This document shows positions 36,014 to 46,444 of a stretch of DNA of 64,000 bases, in pieces (the first letter of the stretch is position 1; every line of letters starts with the position of its first letter). The stretch spans positions 36,756 through 100,755 of the forward strand of contig JAUWJD010000007.1 in NCBI GenBank assembly GCA_030607875.1. The letters are read 5' to 3'. The notes beneath the pieces are model-generated. The model searched no databases, was not told where the DNA came from, and worked only from the letters and a program-made list of their open reading frames with translations. The position numbers were made by a program, and so were the translations under genes. This DNA comes from Chloroflexota bacterium (GTDB lineage: Bacteria > Chloroflexota > Anaerolineae > UBA2200).

Positions 36014-38404
36014 GTGAATCCCAAGTACCTGGGAACACTGGAACTTGATAAGATCCTGGAGCAACTAGCCGAGCACACAGCGTTCTCCGCTGGGCGTGAT
36101 TTGGCTCTGGCCCTGCGCCCTTCGACTGCAGTCGAGCAAGTGCGCCTGCGGCAGCGGGAGACGGCTGAAGCCAAGATGCTGCTCTCGGTACAGCCAGGCA
36201 CATCCATCGGCGGCGCACACGATGTGCGGCCGCTGCTCAAGAATGCGGAGATCGGCGCTACACTTGAGCCGCAATCCCTGCTCGACATTCAGGCCACGCT
36301 GCTCAGCGGAAAGGCCTTGCGTCGTGCCATCCTCCCGAGTGCGGCCAAGCTCCCCACGCTGGCTGCCGTTGCTCAACGCATCGAAGAGTGCCCCAAGCTG
36401 GTGGCTGAAATCGCCCGCTGCATAAGTGACCGCGGTGAGGTGATGGACAGCGCCAGCCCAGCGCTGGCGAGAATCCGTCGCCGGTTGGGCGTGGCACGCG
36501 ATCGTATGTTGGATCGCCTGAACCGGCTGATTGCTTCCCCAGGCAACGCCAAATACTTGCAGGAAGCGCTCATCACACAGCGCAGCGGACGCTACGTCGT
36601 ACCGTTGAAGGCCGAGTTCAAGGGCCGCATCCCTGGTATCGTACACGACCAGTCAGCCAGCGGCGCCACGCTGTTCGTCGAACCTCTGGCCGTCGTCGAG
36701 CTAGGCAATCAATTGCGCCAGCTCCAACTGGAGGACCGGCACGAGGTCGAACGTATCCTGCAAGAATTGACGCAGGATGTCGATGAGCACGCGGCAGCAA
36801 TCCGAGCCACTGTGCAGTCTCTGGCCGAACTTGACCTGGCCTTTGCCAAGGCGGAATATGCCTTCGAGATGCAGGGAGTGGAACCAGTTGTGCTGCAGAC
36901 CTTTGGGGTTTCCGAAACCCCAAACGTCTCTGAGGACATGCGCTTTCCCCAGTACCTGCGCCTGGTGCGTGCACGCCATCCGCTGCTGCCTGCAGACATG
37001 GTGGTGCCCATTGACGTGCACTTGGGCGGTGATTTTGCCGCGCTGGTGATCACTGGCCCCAACACCGGAGGCAAGACCGTGGCACTGAAAACGGTTGGGC
37101 TGCTGGCGGCAATGGCACAATGCGGGTTGCAAATCCCAGCCGCTGAAGGTTCGGCACTGCGGGTCTTTACCGGGCTGTACGCAGACATCGGTGACGAGCA
37201 GAGCATCGAGCAGAGCCTGTCCACTTTCTCATCGCATATGACCAACATCGTGGCCATCCTGGCCGAAGCCGACGAAGAATCGCTGGTGCTGCTGGACGAA
37301 CTGGGTGCAGGCACCGACCCCACAGAAGGCTCGGCACTGGGAAGGGCCCTTCTCAGCGAACTGCTGCAGAGGCGCATCCCAGCCATGGTCACCACGCACT
37401 ATGAAGAACTGAAGCTGTTTGCCCAGGCGACAGCAGGCGTGGAGAACGCATCAGTAGAGTTTGACGTACGCACACTGTCCCCGACCTACAAGCTGCGGGT
37501 TGGACTGCCCGGCCGCAGCAACGCCTTTGCCATCGCCAAACGCCTGGGCCTCCCACAGCAGATCATCGGGGAAGCGAAGAAGTGGATCTCTGCCGAAGAC
37601 GTGGAGGCAGATCAAATCCTGGACCGCATCCGTCGCTCACGCCGTGAGATGGGTCGGGCTACGCACGCTGCACAGACCACGCTCTCGTCGGCCCGCAAGA
37701 AGGAAAAAGAAGCGCGTCGTGTGCTGCGCGAAACCGAACGGGAACGCCGTGAGCTCCTGCAGGAAGCCCGCCAGCAATTGAAGACAGCCCAAGAGGAATT
37801 GCACCGTATACGCGAAACCATCGAGCGGCGCAAAGTGACGGAGCAATGGCTGGAGGATGCTGCGCGGCGTGTGGACGAGCTGGCGCAGAAACAGAAGACC
37901 GTCGAGCCCCCGCGGCCCATAACTCCAGAAAAGGCCGCACGGCTGCAGGAACCGCTGGAAGTTGGAGATACAGTCTGGGTATCCAGCTTGAACCAGACAG
38001 GCCAGATTATCTCCCTTGCCAATGGCGAGGCCGAAGTACAGGGGGGAGTGTTCCGGGCCAAGGTGCCGCTGCTGGAACTGGAGAAGCGCCGGGCAGCCGC
38101 ATCGCCGCCGGACACAAGCGGGGTGCAGATTCAGCTATCCCCACGTCCGATGCCCAGTGTGGAACTCAACTTGCGCGGCAAACGCGTGGAAGAAGCCTTG
38201 CCGCGTTTGATCAAGTACCTGGACGATGCCTATCTTGCCGCTCTGCCTTACGCACGCATCATCCATGGCAAGGGCACAGGCGCCTTGCGCGAAGCAGTGC
38301 GCCAGGCCCTGGCTGAGCATCCGCTGGTGGCCTCTTTCAGACCGGGTGAGCTGAACGAGGGCGGCGATGGAGTTACTGTAGTGAAGCTGGTACCCGGGTC
38401 GTAG
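36014..38404 (+). CDS. mutS2: Endonuclease MutS2 (MutS domain V ATPase + C-terminal Smr)
   Basis: 796 aa with a GTG start. Walker A ITGPNTGGKTV, DELGAGTDP, and a C-terminal Smr segment (LNLRGKRVEEAL...IIHGKGTGALR). Confidence 0.95.
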   Translation: MNPKYLGTLELDKILEQLAEHTAFSAGRDLALALRPSTAVEQVRLRQRETAEAKMLLSVQPGTSIGGAHDVRPLLKNAEIGATLEPQSLLDIQATLLSGKALRRAILPSAAKLPTLAAVAQRIEECPKLVAEIARCISDRGEVMDSASPALARIRRRLGVARDRMLDRLNRLIASPGNAKYLQEALITQRSGRYVVPLKAEFKGRIPGIVHDQSASGATLFVEPLAVVELGNQLRQLQLEDRHEVERILQELTQDVDEHAAAIRATVQSLAELDLAFAKAEYAFEMQGVEPVVLQTFGVSETPNVSEDMRFPQYLRLVRARHPLLPADMVVPIDVHLGGDFAALVITGPNTGGKTVALKTVGLLAAMAQCGLQIPAAEGSALRVFTGLYADIGDEQSIEQSLSTFSSHMTNIVAILAEADEESLVLLDELGAGTDPTEGSALGRALLSELLQRRIPAMVTTHYEELKLFAQATAGVENASVEFDVRTLSPTYKLRVGLPGRSNAFAIAKRLGLPQQIIGEAKKWISAEDVEADQILDRIRRSRREMGRATHAAQTTLSSARKKEKEARRVLRETERERRELLQEARQQLKTAQEELHRIRETIERRKVTEQWLEDAARRVDELAQKQKTVEPPRPITPEKAARLQEPLEVGDTVWVSSLNQTGQIISLANGEAEVQGGVFRAKVPLLELEKRRAAASPPDTSGVQIQLSPRPMPSVELNLRGKRVEEALPRLIKYLDDAYLAALPYARIIHGKGTGALREAVRQALAEHPLVASFRPGELNEGGDGVTVVKLVPGS

Positions 38405-38468
38405 GTGACGGGGGCACCTTCAAGGTGGCGGGCACCCACGAACAGAAACGCCTGAGGCAGAACTGGTT

Positions 38469-38882
38469 TCAGTCCATTTCCTTCAGACTGATGGCTTCCT
38501 CGGCCCACGCCACCACCTCACTCGCGATAGACACAGCCTCTTCATACTCCTCTTTGGTCACCGGTTCTGCCAGACCAGGGTAGCGGGTGAGTACGGCATA
38601 ACGAGTAAGCCGAGCCACCTGCCGTATTGCTGGTGGAACTTCCCGACCACGCCGCTCAACAATGGACAGAAGCAGGCCCAGATCGTGGACATGAGGGAAG
38701 GGTGTGTCCAGATGAATCAAGAGCGCTTTGACCGCTTTCTCGGCCGCTTGTTGAGCGTCAAAGCAGAGATCTTCCAGATAGATACCAGCCACATGGCTGC
38801 CTTCCCTGGCCTTGGTCAGGTTGCTTTGCGCTCGGTTCAACCACTCTCTCGGATCGTCGGGCGAGAAACGCTCACCGAGCAT
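38469..38882 (-). CDS. HEPN domain protein
   Basis: EWLNRAQSNLTKAR...LCFDAQQAAEKAVKALL...LTRYAVLTRYPG. It overlaps the upstream MNT gene by 11 nt. Confidence 0.8.
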   Translation of the reverse strand: MLGERFSPDDPREWLNRAQSNLTKAREGSHVAGIYLEDLCFDAQQAAEKAVKALLIHLDTPFPHVHDLGLLLSIVERRGREVPPAIRQVARLTRYAVLTRYPGLAEPVTKEEYEEAVSIASEVVAWAEEAISLKEMD

Positions 38883-39210
38883 AGACCACTTTTCCCTCCT
38901 GCAAGGCTGGTCGAATCACGAGGGCAATGGAATCCTTGTACCGCTCAATGTCCTCGGGAGTCACCACCACAATGTCAACCGCCTGCTCTACGCCGAACAG
39001 ATTCATGTAAATGGCTTCAGCCAATTGGCCGCGGTGCACAACTCCTGACTTCACAACCAACAGATCCACGTCGCTGTTCGGCCCCACCTCGCCTCGGGCA
39101 GCCGAGCCAAACAGAATAATCTTCTCCGGCGCGGCCACCTCAACGATGCGACGAATGATCTCTTCCAAGCCACTCTGAGTTGCGACACGTTCGCCGTATG
39201 ACACGCCCAC
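38872..39210 (-). CDS. Nucleotidyltransferase (MNT-type) protein
   Basis: ILFGSAARGEVGPNSDVDLLVV. The start is set at the GTG at 39210, with AAGGAGG 8-9 nt upstream. Confidence 0.8.
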   Translation of the reverse strand: MGVSYGERVATQSGLEEIIRRIVEVAAPEKIILFGSAARGEVGPNSDVDLLVVKSGVVHRGQLAEAIYMNLFGVEQAVDIVVVTPEDIERYKDSIALVIRPALQEGKVVYAR

Positions 39211-39266
39211 AGTATCACACCTCCTTTGCCCACCCAAGTGAATCATACACTCGTAGGTTCTGCCTG

Positions 39267-39840
39267 TCAGTCCTGCATATCATGGCAGGGATGCAGCCTG
39301 CGGTTGGCCTCAGCCTCGGGATGCGAAGTGGCTCCAATTTGCGTAAGCACTCGCAGAGTCTGTCCAAGCGCTTCTCGATACCGCTGAATTCTGCCCGCAC
39401 GATCTCCTCCTCTTAGGATAGCCTCTTTTTGTTGACGAAGCATGGGCAGCATGTCCCCATAAAGGCTCAAGGTATTGGCCTCAAATTCTATCGGCCATAT
39501 CACGTTCATAAATCCGGCTTCCCTTGGCAATGACGTTATGCCGCAGCTCCACCGGGGCCGTGTTCAGGATGACCAGATCCACGGGGCGTTCTCCCAGTAG
39601 CTGGCCGAACTCGTGGGCCCAACGGTAGCGCTCAGCCTGGGTCACCACCCCATCCACCAGCAAAGCCACATCATAGTCGCTGATCGGGCCGGCCGTTCTC
39701 CGGGCCTGAGAACCAAACAGATAGGCCAGGATAATACGTTCATTCTGAGTGCGATAGTCGGAGAGTAAGCGGCATACATCGCCGTCCAGTTTTGCTGTTT
39801 TCATCTTCCTCTCCCCATTGATTCCCAATCCCTGCCTCAC
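39267..39840 (-). pseudogene. MntA-like nucleotidyltransferase split by a frameshift, with a possible HepT/DUF86 N-terminal remnant after it
   Basis: ORF 39481..39840 has ILAYLFGSQARRTAGPISDYDVALLV and ends ...IYERDMADRI*. The expected C-terminal continuation (IEFEANTLSLYGDMLPMLRQQKEAIL) is in another frame (39267..39530). ORF 39215..39400 begins ...IEKRLDRLCECLRKLEPL, which resembles HepT N-termini, and then loses similarity. Confidence 0.5.
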
Positions 39841-40016
39841 GATTGTAGCCCGCTTTATGTCTCAGAGCAAACGCATCCTGCACAAGCTCGAGCCCTCAAG
39901 GGCGAAGGCTTCAGTCGCCGAACTCACCTTTGCCAGCGTCACAGGCTGTCTCGTCCTCGCGTAGCACTTTCCTCGTAGCGCCTTCGTGGCCCGAACGGGG
40001 TGCAGGCATTCGGCGG

Positions 40017-40724
40017 CTACGTTGGCTTCCTGCTGCCACGTCCCCACTTCGGTCTACGAGCTTGCTTGAGAGCCGGTATGCTGCCCAGCACAGGCAGCCC
40101 CAGCCATCCCTCCACCTCCTGCGGAGTCTGCGCAAGCTCCACACGCGACCATTCCAGAGCCAAAGCGACCAGCAGGCCCAACATCAGGCCGCCACCCACT
40201 GCGAGGAAGGCCATCAGCTTCTTCCTCGGCCACGTCTGGCCTGCGGCCTGCGCGCCGCCGTTGAGCATCGTTGCTGTGAAGCGGTTCAGGGGATCCTGGC
40301 GCAGGGCAAAGGCCTGCACGTCCTCGACAAAGAGCTGTGCAGTAGCCTGGGCAGCGCGCTGTGCAAAGAGCGGATCTTCATCGGTGACCTCAATGGTGAG
40401 TCTGAATTCGGCTTCGTTGGCCTCTGCTTTGATCTTGCGCTGCAAGGCGGGAGCATCCATGTCGGTCAAGCCTAGCCGTTCGATCACTCTGCTGGCCATG
40501 CCCTCCGACTGGATGCTCGACACGTAGTTGCGCAGCAGGTTGACCACCGTCTGGCTCAGCCCCAGATCAAGCCGGGCTGGCCTGACGGTCAACTCTACCA
40601 GCGAGGTATAGCGTGGGGTCTGCAACTTGGCCAGACCCAAGGCAGCCGCAGTGCAAAGCGCGGTCACCAGAATGATGACCCAACCCCACCTGAGCAAGAC
40701 CTCGGCGTACTCCCAAAGCTCCAT
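40017..40724 (-). CDS. Wzz/chain-length-determinant-like membrane protein (no kinase domain)
   Basis: ELWEYAEVLLRWGWVIILVTAL...TPRYTSLVELTV, a periplasmic-type coiled region, and a second TM (LMAFLAVGGGLMLGLLVALAL). It starts 2 nt after the valS stop. Confidence 0.6.
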   Translation of the reverse strand: MELWEYAEVLLRWGWVIILVTALCTAAALGLAKLQTPRYTSLVELTVRPARLDLGLSQTVVNLLRNYVSSIQSEGMASRVIERLGLTDMDAPALQRKIKAEANEAEFRLTIEVTDEDPLFAQRAAQATAQLFVEDVQAFALRQDPLNRFTATMLNGGAQAAGQTWPRKKLMAFLAVGGGLMLGLLVALALEWSRVELAQTPQEVEGWLGLPVLGSIPALKQARRPKWGRGSRKPT

Positions 40725-40726
40725 GT

Positions 40727-43402
40727 CTACTCCAGGCTCTCGAGCCTCTCTTCTAATCTCGTGTACCGCTGGCGATAGCCTCCCAGTTTCGTCCGCTCTT
40801 TGTCCACCACCTCGGCAGGGGCCTTGGACACAAAGCTCTGGTTGGCCAGCAGTTTTTCCGCGCGGGCGATTTCCTTTTGCAGCTTTTCCAACTCGGCTGC
40901 CAGCCGTGCGCGCTCACGGTCAGTATCCACCAGCCCTGCAAGTGGCAGAAAGACCTCGTAACCGCCTACCACGAGCGCAAGCGCTTTCGTTGGCTTCTCC
41001 GCCAATGCCTCTTCGATGCGCAATTCGGCCGGATCGATGCGCGCTAGGCGAACGAGGATGTCCGCCTGGGAGGCCACCAGATCGCGCTTCTTTCCCGCCG
41101 CAATCGTGGCGGTGATCGCTCTTGAGGGCTCGACTTCGTATTCGGCGCGTGCGTTGCGGATGGCACGTACCATCTCCATGATCAGCCCCATCTCCGCCTC
41201 GGCCGCTTCGTCTGTTGGACCGGGCTCGGGCCAGGGAGCGACGATGAGAGCCTTGCCCTCGTGTGGCAGGTGCTGCCAGGTTTCCTCGGGGACAAAGGGC
41301 ATAAAAGGATGCAGCAGACGCAGCGCACGCTCCAGCACGTACATCAAGATGGCCTGCGTCCTCTGTGCTGTGGTGCGGTCGTCTCCCTGGAGCGGCACCT
41401 TGGCCATCTCGATATACCAGTCGCAGAACTCTCCCCACAGGAACTCGTAGAGCTGGCGCCCTGCTTCACCAAACTGGTATTGGTCAATCAGGCGGGTCAC
41501 ATGCTCAATCACTCGATTGTGACGGCTCAGGATCCAACGATCCTGCAGGCTCAGCACCGTCGGATCCTCTTTCCACCTAGCGGCAGCGCTTGCAGTATCC
41601 CTCGCGCTGTAACCTTCGTCCAGGTTGCCGACGACGAAACGTGCAGCATTCCACAGCTTGTTGCCAAAGTTGCGTGCAGCTTCCACCTTCTGCAGGGAGA
41701 GCTTCATGTCATTGCCCGGTGTGCTGCCCGTCAACAAGGCAAAACGCAGCGCGTCTGCGCCATATTCGTCAATGGCCTCCAACGGATCCACCACGTTGCC
41801 CTTGGACTTGCTCATCTTCTGCCCGTGCTCGTCACGGATCAGGCCGTGCAGATAGACGGTGTGGAAGGGCACCTCATCGGTCATCCTCATGCCCAGCATG
41901 ATCATGCGCGCCACCCAGAAGAAAAGGATGTCGTAGGCTGTCTCCATCACATCGGTGGGGTAGAAGTATCGCAGATCCTCCGTGTCCTCGGGCCAACCTA
42001 GTGTGGAGAAGGGCCATAGCCCCGAAGAGAACCAGGTGTCCAGCACATCCGGATCCTGGTGGATGTTGTGGCTGCCGCACTTCTCACAGGCAGCCAATGT
42101 CTCTTCCGCGCTTGGGCTCATGTAGCCACAGTCGTCGCAATACCACACCGGAATGCGGTGTCCCCACCACAACTGCCGTGAGATACACCAGTCGCGGATG
42201 TTCTCCATCCAGTTAAAGTACACCTTGGTGAAACGCTGGGGCACGAAACGAATGCGTCCGTCGCGCGCAGCGGCCATGGCCGGATCAGCCAGCGGCTTGA
42301 TCTTCACAAACCACTGCGTAGAGACGCGCGGCTCGACCACTGTGCGGCAACGCTGACAGTGCCCGAGGGCATGGCTGTACGGTTCCACCTTGACCAGCAG
42401 TCCCTCTTTCTCCAGGTCAGCGAGCAGGTTGCGCCTCGCCTCGTAGCGATCCTGGCCGGCATAGGGGCCAGCCTCGTCGTTCAGCGTGGCATCATCGTTC
42501 ATGATGTTGATGGTGGGCAATTTGTGACGCTGCCCGATCTCATAGTCGGTGGGGTCGTGTCCCGGCGTCACTTTCACCGCTCCCGTGCCAAACTCCGGGG
42601 CCACGGTTTCGTCCGCAATGATCGGGATGGGCCGGTGCAGTGCAGGCAGGATGGCCATGCGACCGACCCAGGCTTTGTAGCGCTCGTCGTCAGGGTGCAC
42701 AGCCACCGCCGTATCTCCGAGGATGGTTTCAGGGCGCGTCGTAGCGACGGTGATGTACTGATCCCTGGAATCCTGCAGCCGATAGCGCACATGGTACAGC
42801 TTGCTCTCTTCCTCGTCGTGTTCCACTTCTAGACCGGAGAGCGCTGTGCTGCAACGCGGGCACCAGTTTATCAGATAGCTTCCCCGGTAGATCAACCCCT
42901 CTTTGAACAGCCGCACGAAAGCCTCGCGCACTGCCCGCGCCATGCCTTCGTCCATCGTAAAGCGGTCGCGCGTCCAGTCACAAGAAGTGCCCAGACGACG
43001 GTGCTGCATGGCGATGACGTGGCGATAGCGATGCATCCAGTCCCACACGCGCTCCAAGAATTTCTCCCGGCCCAGTCCCTCGCGGGTCAAGCCCTCTTTG
43101 GCGATTTCTTTCTCCACCACGTACTGCGCAGCGATGCTGGCATGGTCCTCGCCCGGGAGCCACAGCGTAGGCGCACCTTTCATGCGATGATAGCGGATCA
43201 TCAAATCCTGCACAGACGCCGTGATGGCATGTCCGACGTGCAAGACACCGGTCACGTTGGGCGGCGGCATGGAAATGACGAACGGCTCCCTATTAGTGTC
43301 GATCTCGGGTATGAAATATCCGCTTTCTTCCCACCACTTGTAGAGTCGCTGCTCCACGGCGGTAGGGTTATAGGTCTTGGGCATTTCTCGCGTTGCCATC
43401 AT
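40727..43402 (-). CDS. valS: Valine--tRNA ligase
   Basis: 891 aa: PPNVTGVLHVGH (HIGH), KMSKSKGN (KMSKS), and a C-terminal coiled coil. Confidence 0.97.
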   Translation of the reverse strand: MMATREMPKTYNPTAVEQRLYKWWEESGYFIPEIDTNREPFVISMPPPNVTGVLHVGHAITASVQDLMIRYHRMKGAPTLWLPGEDHASIAAQYVVEKEIAKEGLTREGLGREKFLERVWDWMHRYRHVIAMQHRRLGTSCDWTRDRFTMDEGMARAVREAFVRLFKEGLIYRGSYLINWCPRCSTALSGLEVEHDEEESKLYHVRYRLQDSRDQYITVATTRPETILGDTAVAVHPDDERYKAWVGRMAILPALHRPIPIIADETVAPEFGTGAVKVTPGHDPTDYEIGQRHKLPTINIMNDDATLNDEAGPYAGQDRYEARRNLLADLEKEGLLVKVEPYSHALGHCQRCRTVVEPRVSTQWFVKIKPLADPAMAAARDGRIRFVPQRFTKVYFNWMENIRDWCISRQLWWGHRIPVWYCDDCGYMSPSAEETLAACEKCGSHNIHQDPDVLDTWFSSGLWPFSTLGWPEDTEDLRYFYPTDVMETAYDILFFWVARMIMLGMRMTDEVPFHTVYLHGLIRDEHGQKMSKSKGNVVDPLEAIDEYGADALRFALLTGSTPGNDMKLSLQKVEAARNFGNKLWNAARFVVGNLDEGYSARDTASAAARWKEDPTVLSLQDRWILSRHNRVIEHVTRLIDQYQFGEAGRQLYEFLWGEFCDWYIEMAKVPLQGDDRTTAQRTQAILMYVLERALRLLHPFMPFVPEETWQHLPHEGKALIVAPWPEPGPTDEAAEAEMGLIMEMVRAIRNARAEYEVEPSRAITATIAAGKKRDLVASQADILVRLARIDPAELRIEEALAEKPTKALALVVGGYEVFLPLAGLVDTDRERARLAAELEKLQKEIARAEKLLANQSFVSKAPAEVVDKERTKLGGYRQRYTRLEERLESLE

Positions 43403-43828
43403 ACTGTCCTTTCTGCGCGATATGAAGAGGATTTCACACTACACAAAATCGTTGTGATGCGAACGTCAACCTCAACGTCGTCCATTTGTCATCCCCTCCT
43501 TTCGGCACCAAACAAAAGCCCCTTTCATCACCAAGGACGAAAGGGGCGACCCTCGCGCGGTACCACCTTGCTACAGCAACGAATGATTGGTTGCTGCGCT
43601 CTGAGCCCTGTCTCACTGCAGACCTCGTCTCGCCGACGAGGCGAGGCAGGACATAGCTGTAACGGGCTTGCCCGTGCCAACCTAGTGGGGACGTTCTCCG
43701 TCCTGTTCAGCCGGCCGACTCCCAGGCGACGTTCGGCGGATCACGCTGCGGGCGGCTTTCAGCCAGTGGCCGCCCCTCTCTACCAGACGCTAGCCGCCTA
43801 CTTCTCCTGCTCAACGTCTTTTCCAAGT
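43403..43828 (-). promoter_or_regulatory. T-box leader (Val) upstream of valS
   Basis: On the reverse strand, GCAAGGTGGTACCGCGC is at 43555-43571. It is followed by the terminator GCCCCTTTC GTCCTTGGTGAT GAAAGGGGC TTTTGTTT (43510-43547). Candidate GUC specifiers are at 43728-43730 or about 43691. Confidence 0.8.
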
Positions 43829-43834
43829 GGCTCG

Positions 43835-43863
43835 ATACTACCATAGTTTGCACTTGATGTCAA
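43835..43863 (-). promoter_or_regulatory. valS promoter (extended -10)
   Basis: The reverse strand reads TTGACA, 17 nt ending in TGG, TAGTAT. Confidence 0.6.
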
Positions 43864-43867
43864 ACTG

Positions 43868-44028
43868 AGTACACGAATTTCACGAAAGGGGACGAATTAC
43901 ACGAAGAACATGTAGGGATTAGTGCCATTCGTGTCTCTTTTCCTTGTCTTGGCTGCCCTTGCCTGGGCAAGACCTACGGCTTTGTCTGGGGCGAGACCTA
44001 AGGGCAAGACAAGGCGTGATGTTCGTGT
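43868..44028. repeat. Complex nested palindrome between the eno stop and the valS promoter
   Basis: Outer arms are GTACACGAA (43869) and TTCGTGTAC (44018). Inner arms are CCTTGTCTTGGCTGCCCTT and AAGGGCAAGACAAGG. It contains the GTCTTGGC..GCCAAGAC-type module seen in the GC-rich repeat cassette. Confidence 0.6.
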
Positions 44029-44041
44029 ACACAATCCGCTT

Positions 44042-45367
<1,326 letters not shown>

Positions 45368-46444
45368 CTATGCCTGCTGCAGGCCCAACTCCTGGTACAG
45401 TTTGGCAAAGTCGAAACGTTCTGCGAGCATGCGCTCGAAGCGTGCGATTTTCTTCTCCTGGTGGAAGCGCGGCTTGCCAAAGACCTCTTCCGCACGCTGA
45501 ACGGTGGTCATCGTGTCATACTTCACCAGGATGATGGCTACACCAGCCTCCTCCGCGCGGCTGATGATCAGGGGGCTGGGCCGCATGTTGCCGGTCAAGA
45601 TCAAGGCTCTGGTGGACGTCTCCAAGGCTGCCAGTTGGATGTCTGACCGGTCGCCACCGGTAATGACGCCCAGGTTCAACTTGCGGCGGAAGTACGTCAA
45701 GGCTGCATCAACGTTCATCGCGCCAACCATAAGGTTCTCCATCAGTGCGTTGGCGAGGTCTGAACGGCAGATGATCTCGCCCTGCAAGGTCTCGGCCAAT
45801 TCACCAACAGTGACGGCGCTAAAGATTTTGTCCAAAGGAAGCACTGCATAGACGGGCACGCCGTGTTCTTCCAGGAAGGGGACTACCAACTGTTGCACAA
45901 AGTCCAGCCGATGCTTGGGCACGGCATTGAGGACTGCCCCCAGCATCTTCTTGCCTAACCGCATCTTGTAGGCAAGCAGATCATCGACCACCAGAGTTGT
46001 AGCAACGTCGTACTTGTCCACAACCAGCACTTTGGCCCGCAAGAAGGCGGAGATTTCTTGACACGAAATGCCCGCTGCCAGACCCTGGACACAGCGGCTC
46101 CCACCTTCGAGCAGCACAACGTCCTTGTCCTCAGATACTTGAGCATAGGCGTCCTTGATCAACTTCCTGTAATCCTCGCCTTTACCGCGCAGCACGGCTT
46201 CTACGGTTGGTAAATCGAAGCAGACGGGCCAGATTGCTCCGATGGGATCTTTCAGACCTAGCGTCTGGAGCATCAACTCCGCTTCTTTGTCAACCATACA
46301 TTCCCCAATGCATGTTTTGGTGGTCATCACGGGACGCATATAGCCAATCGCGTATCCGTCTTGTTGGAAGCGCCTACCAAGGCCAACGCACAGGGCGCTC
46401 TTCCCCGAATAGGGTGCCGTTGAACTGATGTACAGCGCGATCAT
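45368..46444 (-). CDS. Phosphotransacetylase-N-terminal-like protein (P-loop-like + DRTGG domain)
   Basis: MIALYISSTAPYSGKSALCVGL... and ITGGDRSDIQLAAL...LILTGN (DRTGG). Its start overlaps the upstream acetyl-CoA synthetase stop by 4 nt. Confidence 0.7.
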   Translation of the reverse strand: MIALYISSTAPYSGKSALCVGLGRRFQQDGYAIGYMRPVMTTKTCIGECMVDKEAELMLQTLGLKDPIGAIWPVCFDLPTVEAVLRGKGEDYRKLIKDAYAQVSEDKDVVLLEGGSRCVQGLAAGISCQEISAFLRAKVLVVDKYDVATTLVVDDLLAYKMRLGKKMLGAVLNAVPKHRLDFVQQLVVPFLEEHGVPVYAVLPLDKIFSAVTVGELAETLQGEIICRSDLANALMENLMVGAMNVDAALTYFRRKLNLGVITGGDRSDIQLAALETSTRALILTGNMRPSPLIISRAEEAGVAIILVKYDTMTTVQRAEEVFGKPRFHQEKKIARFERMLAERFDFAKLYQELGLQQA

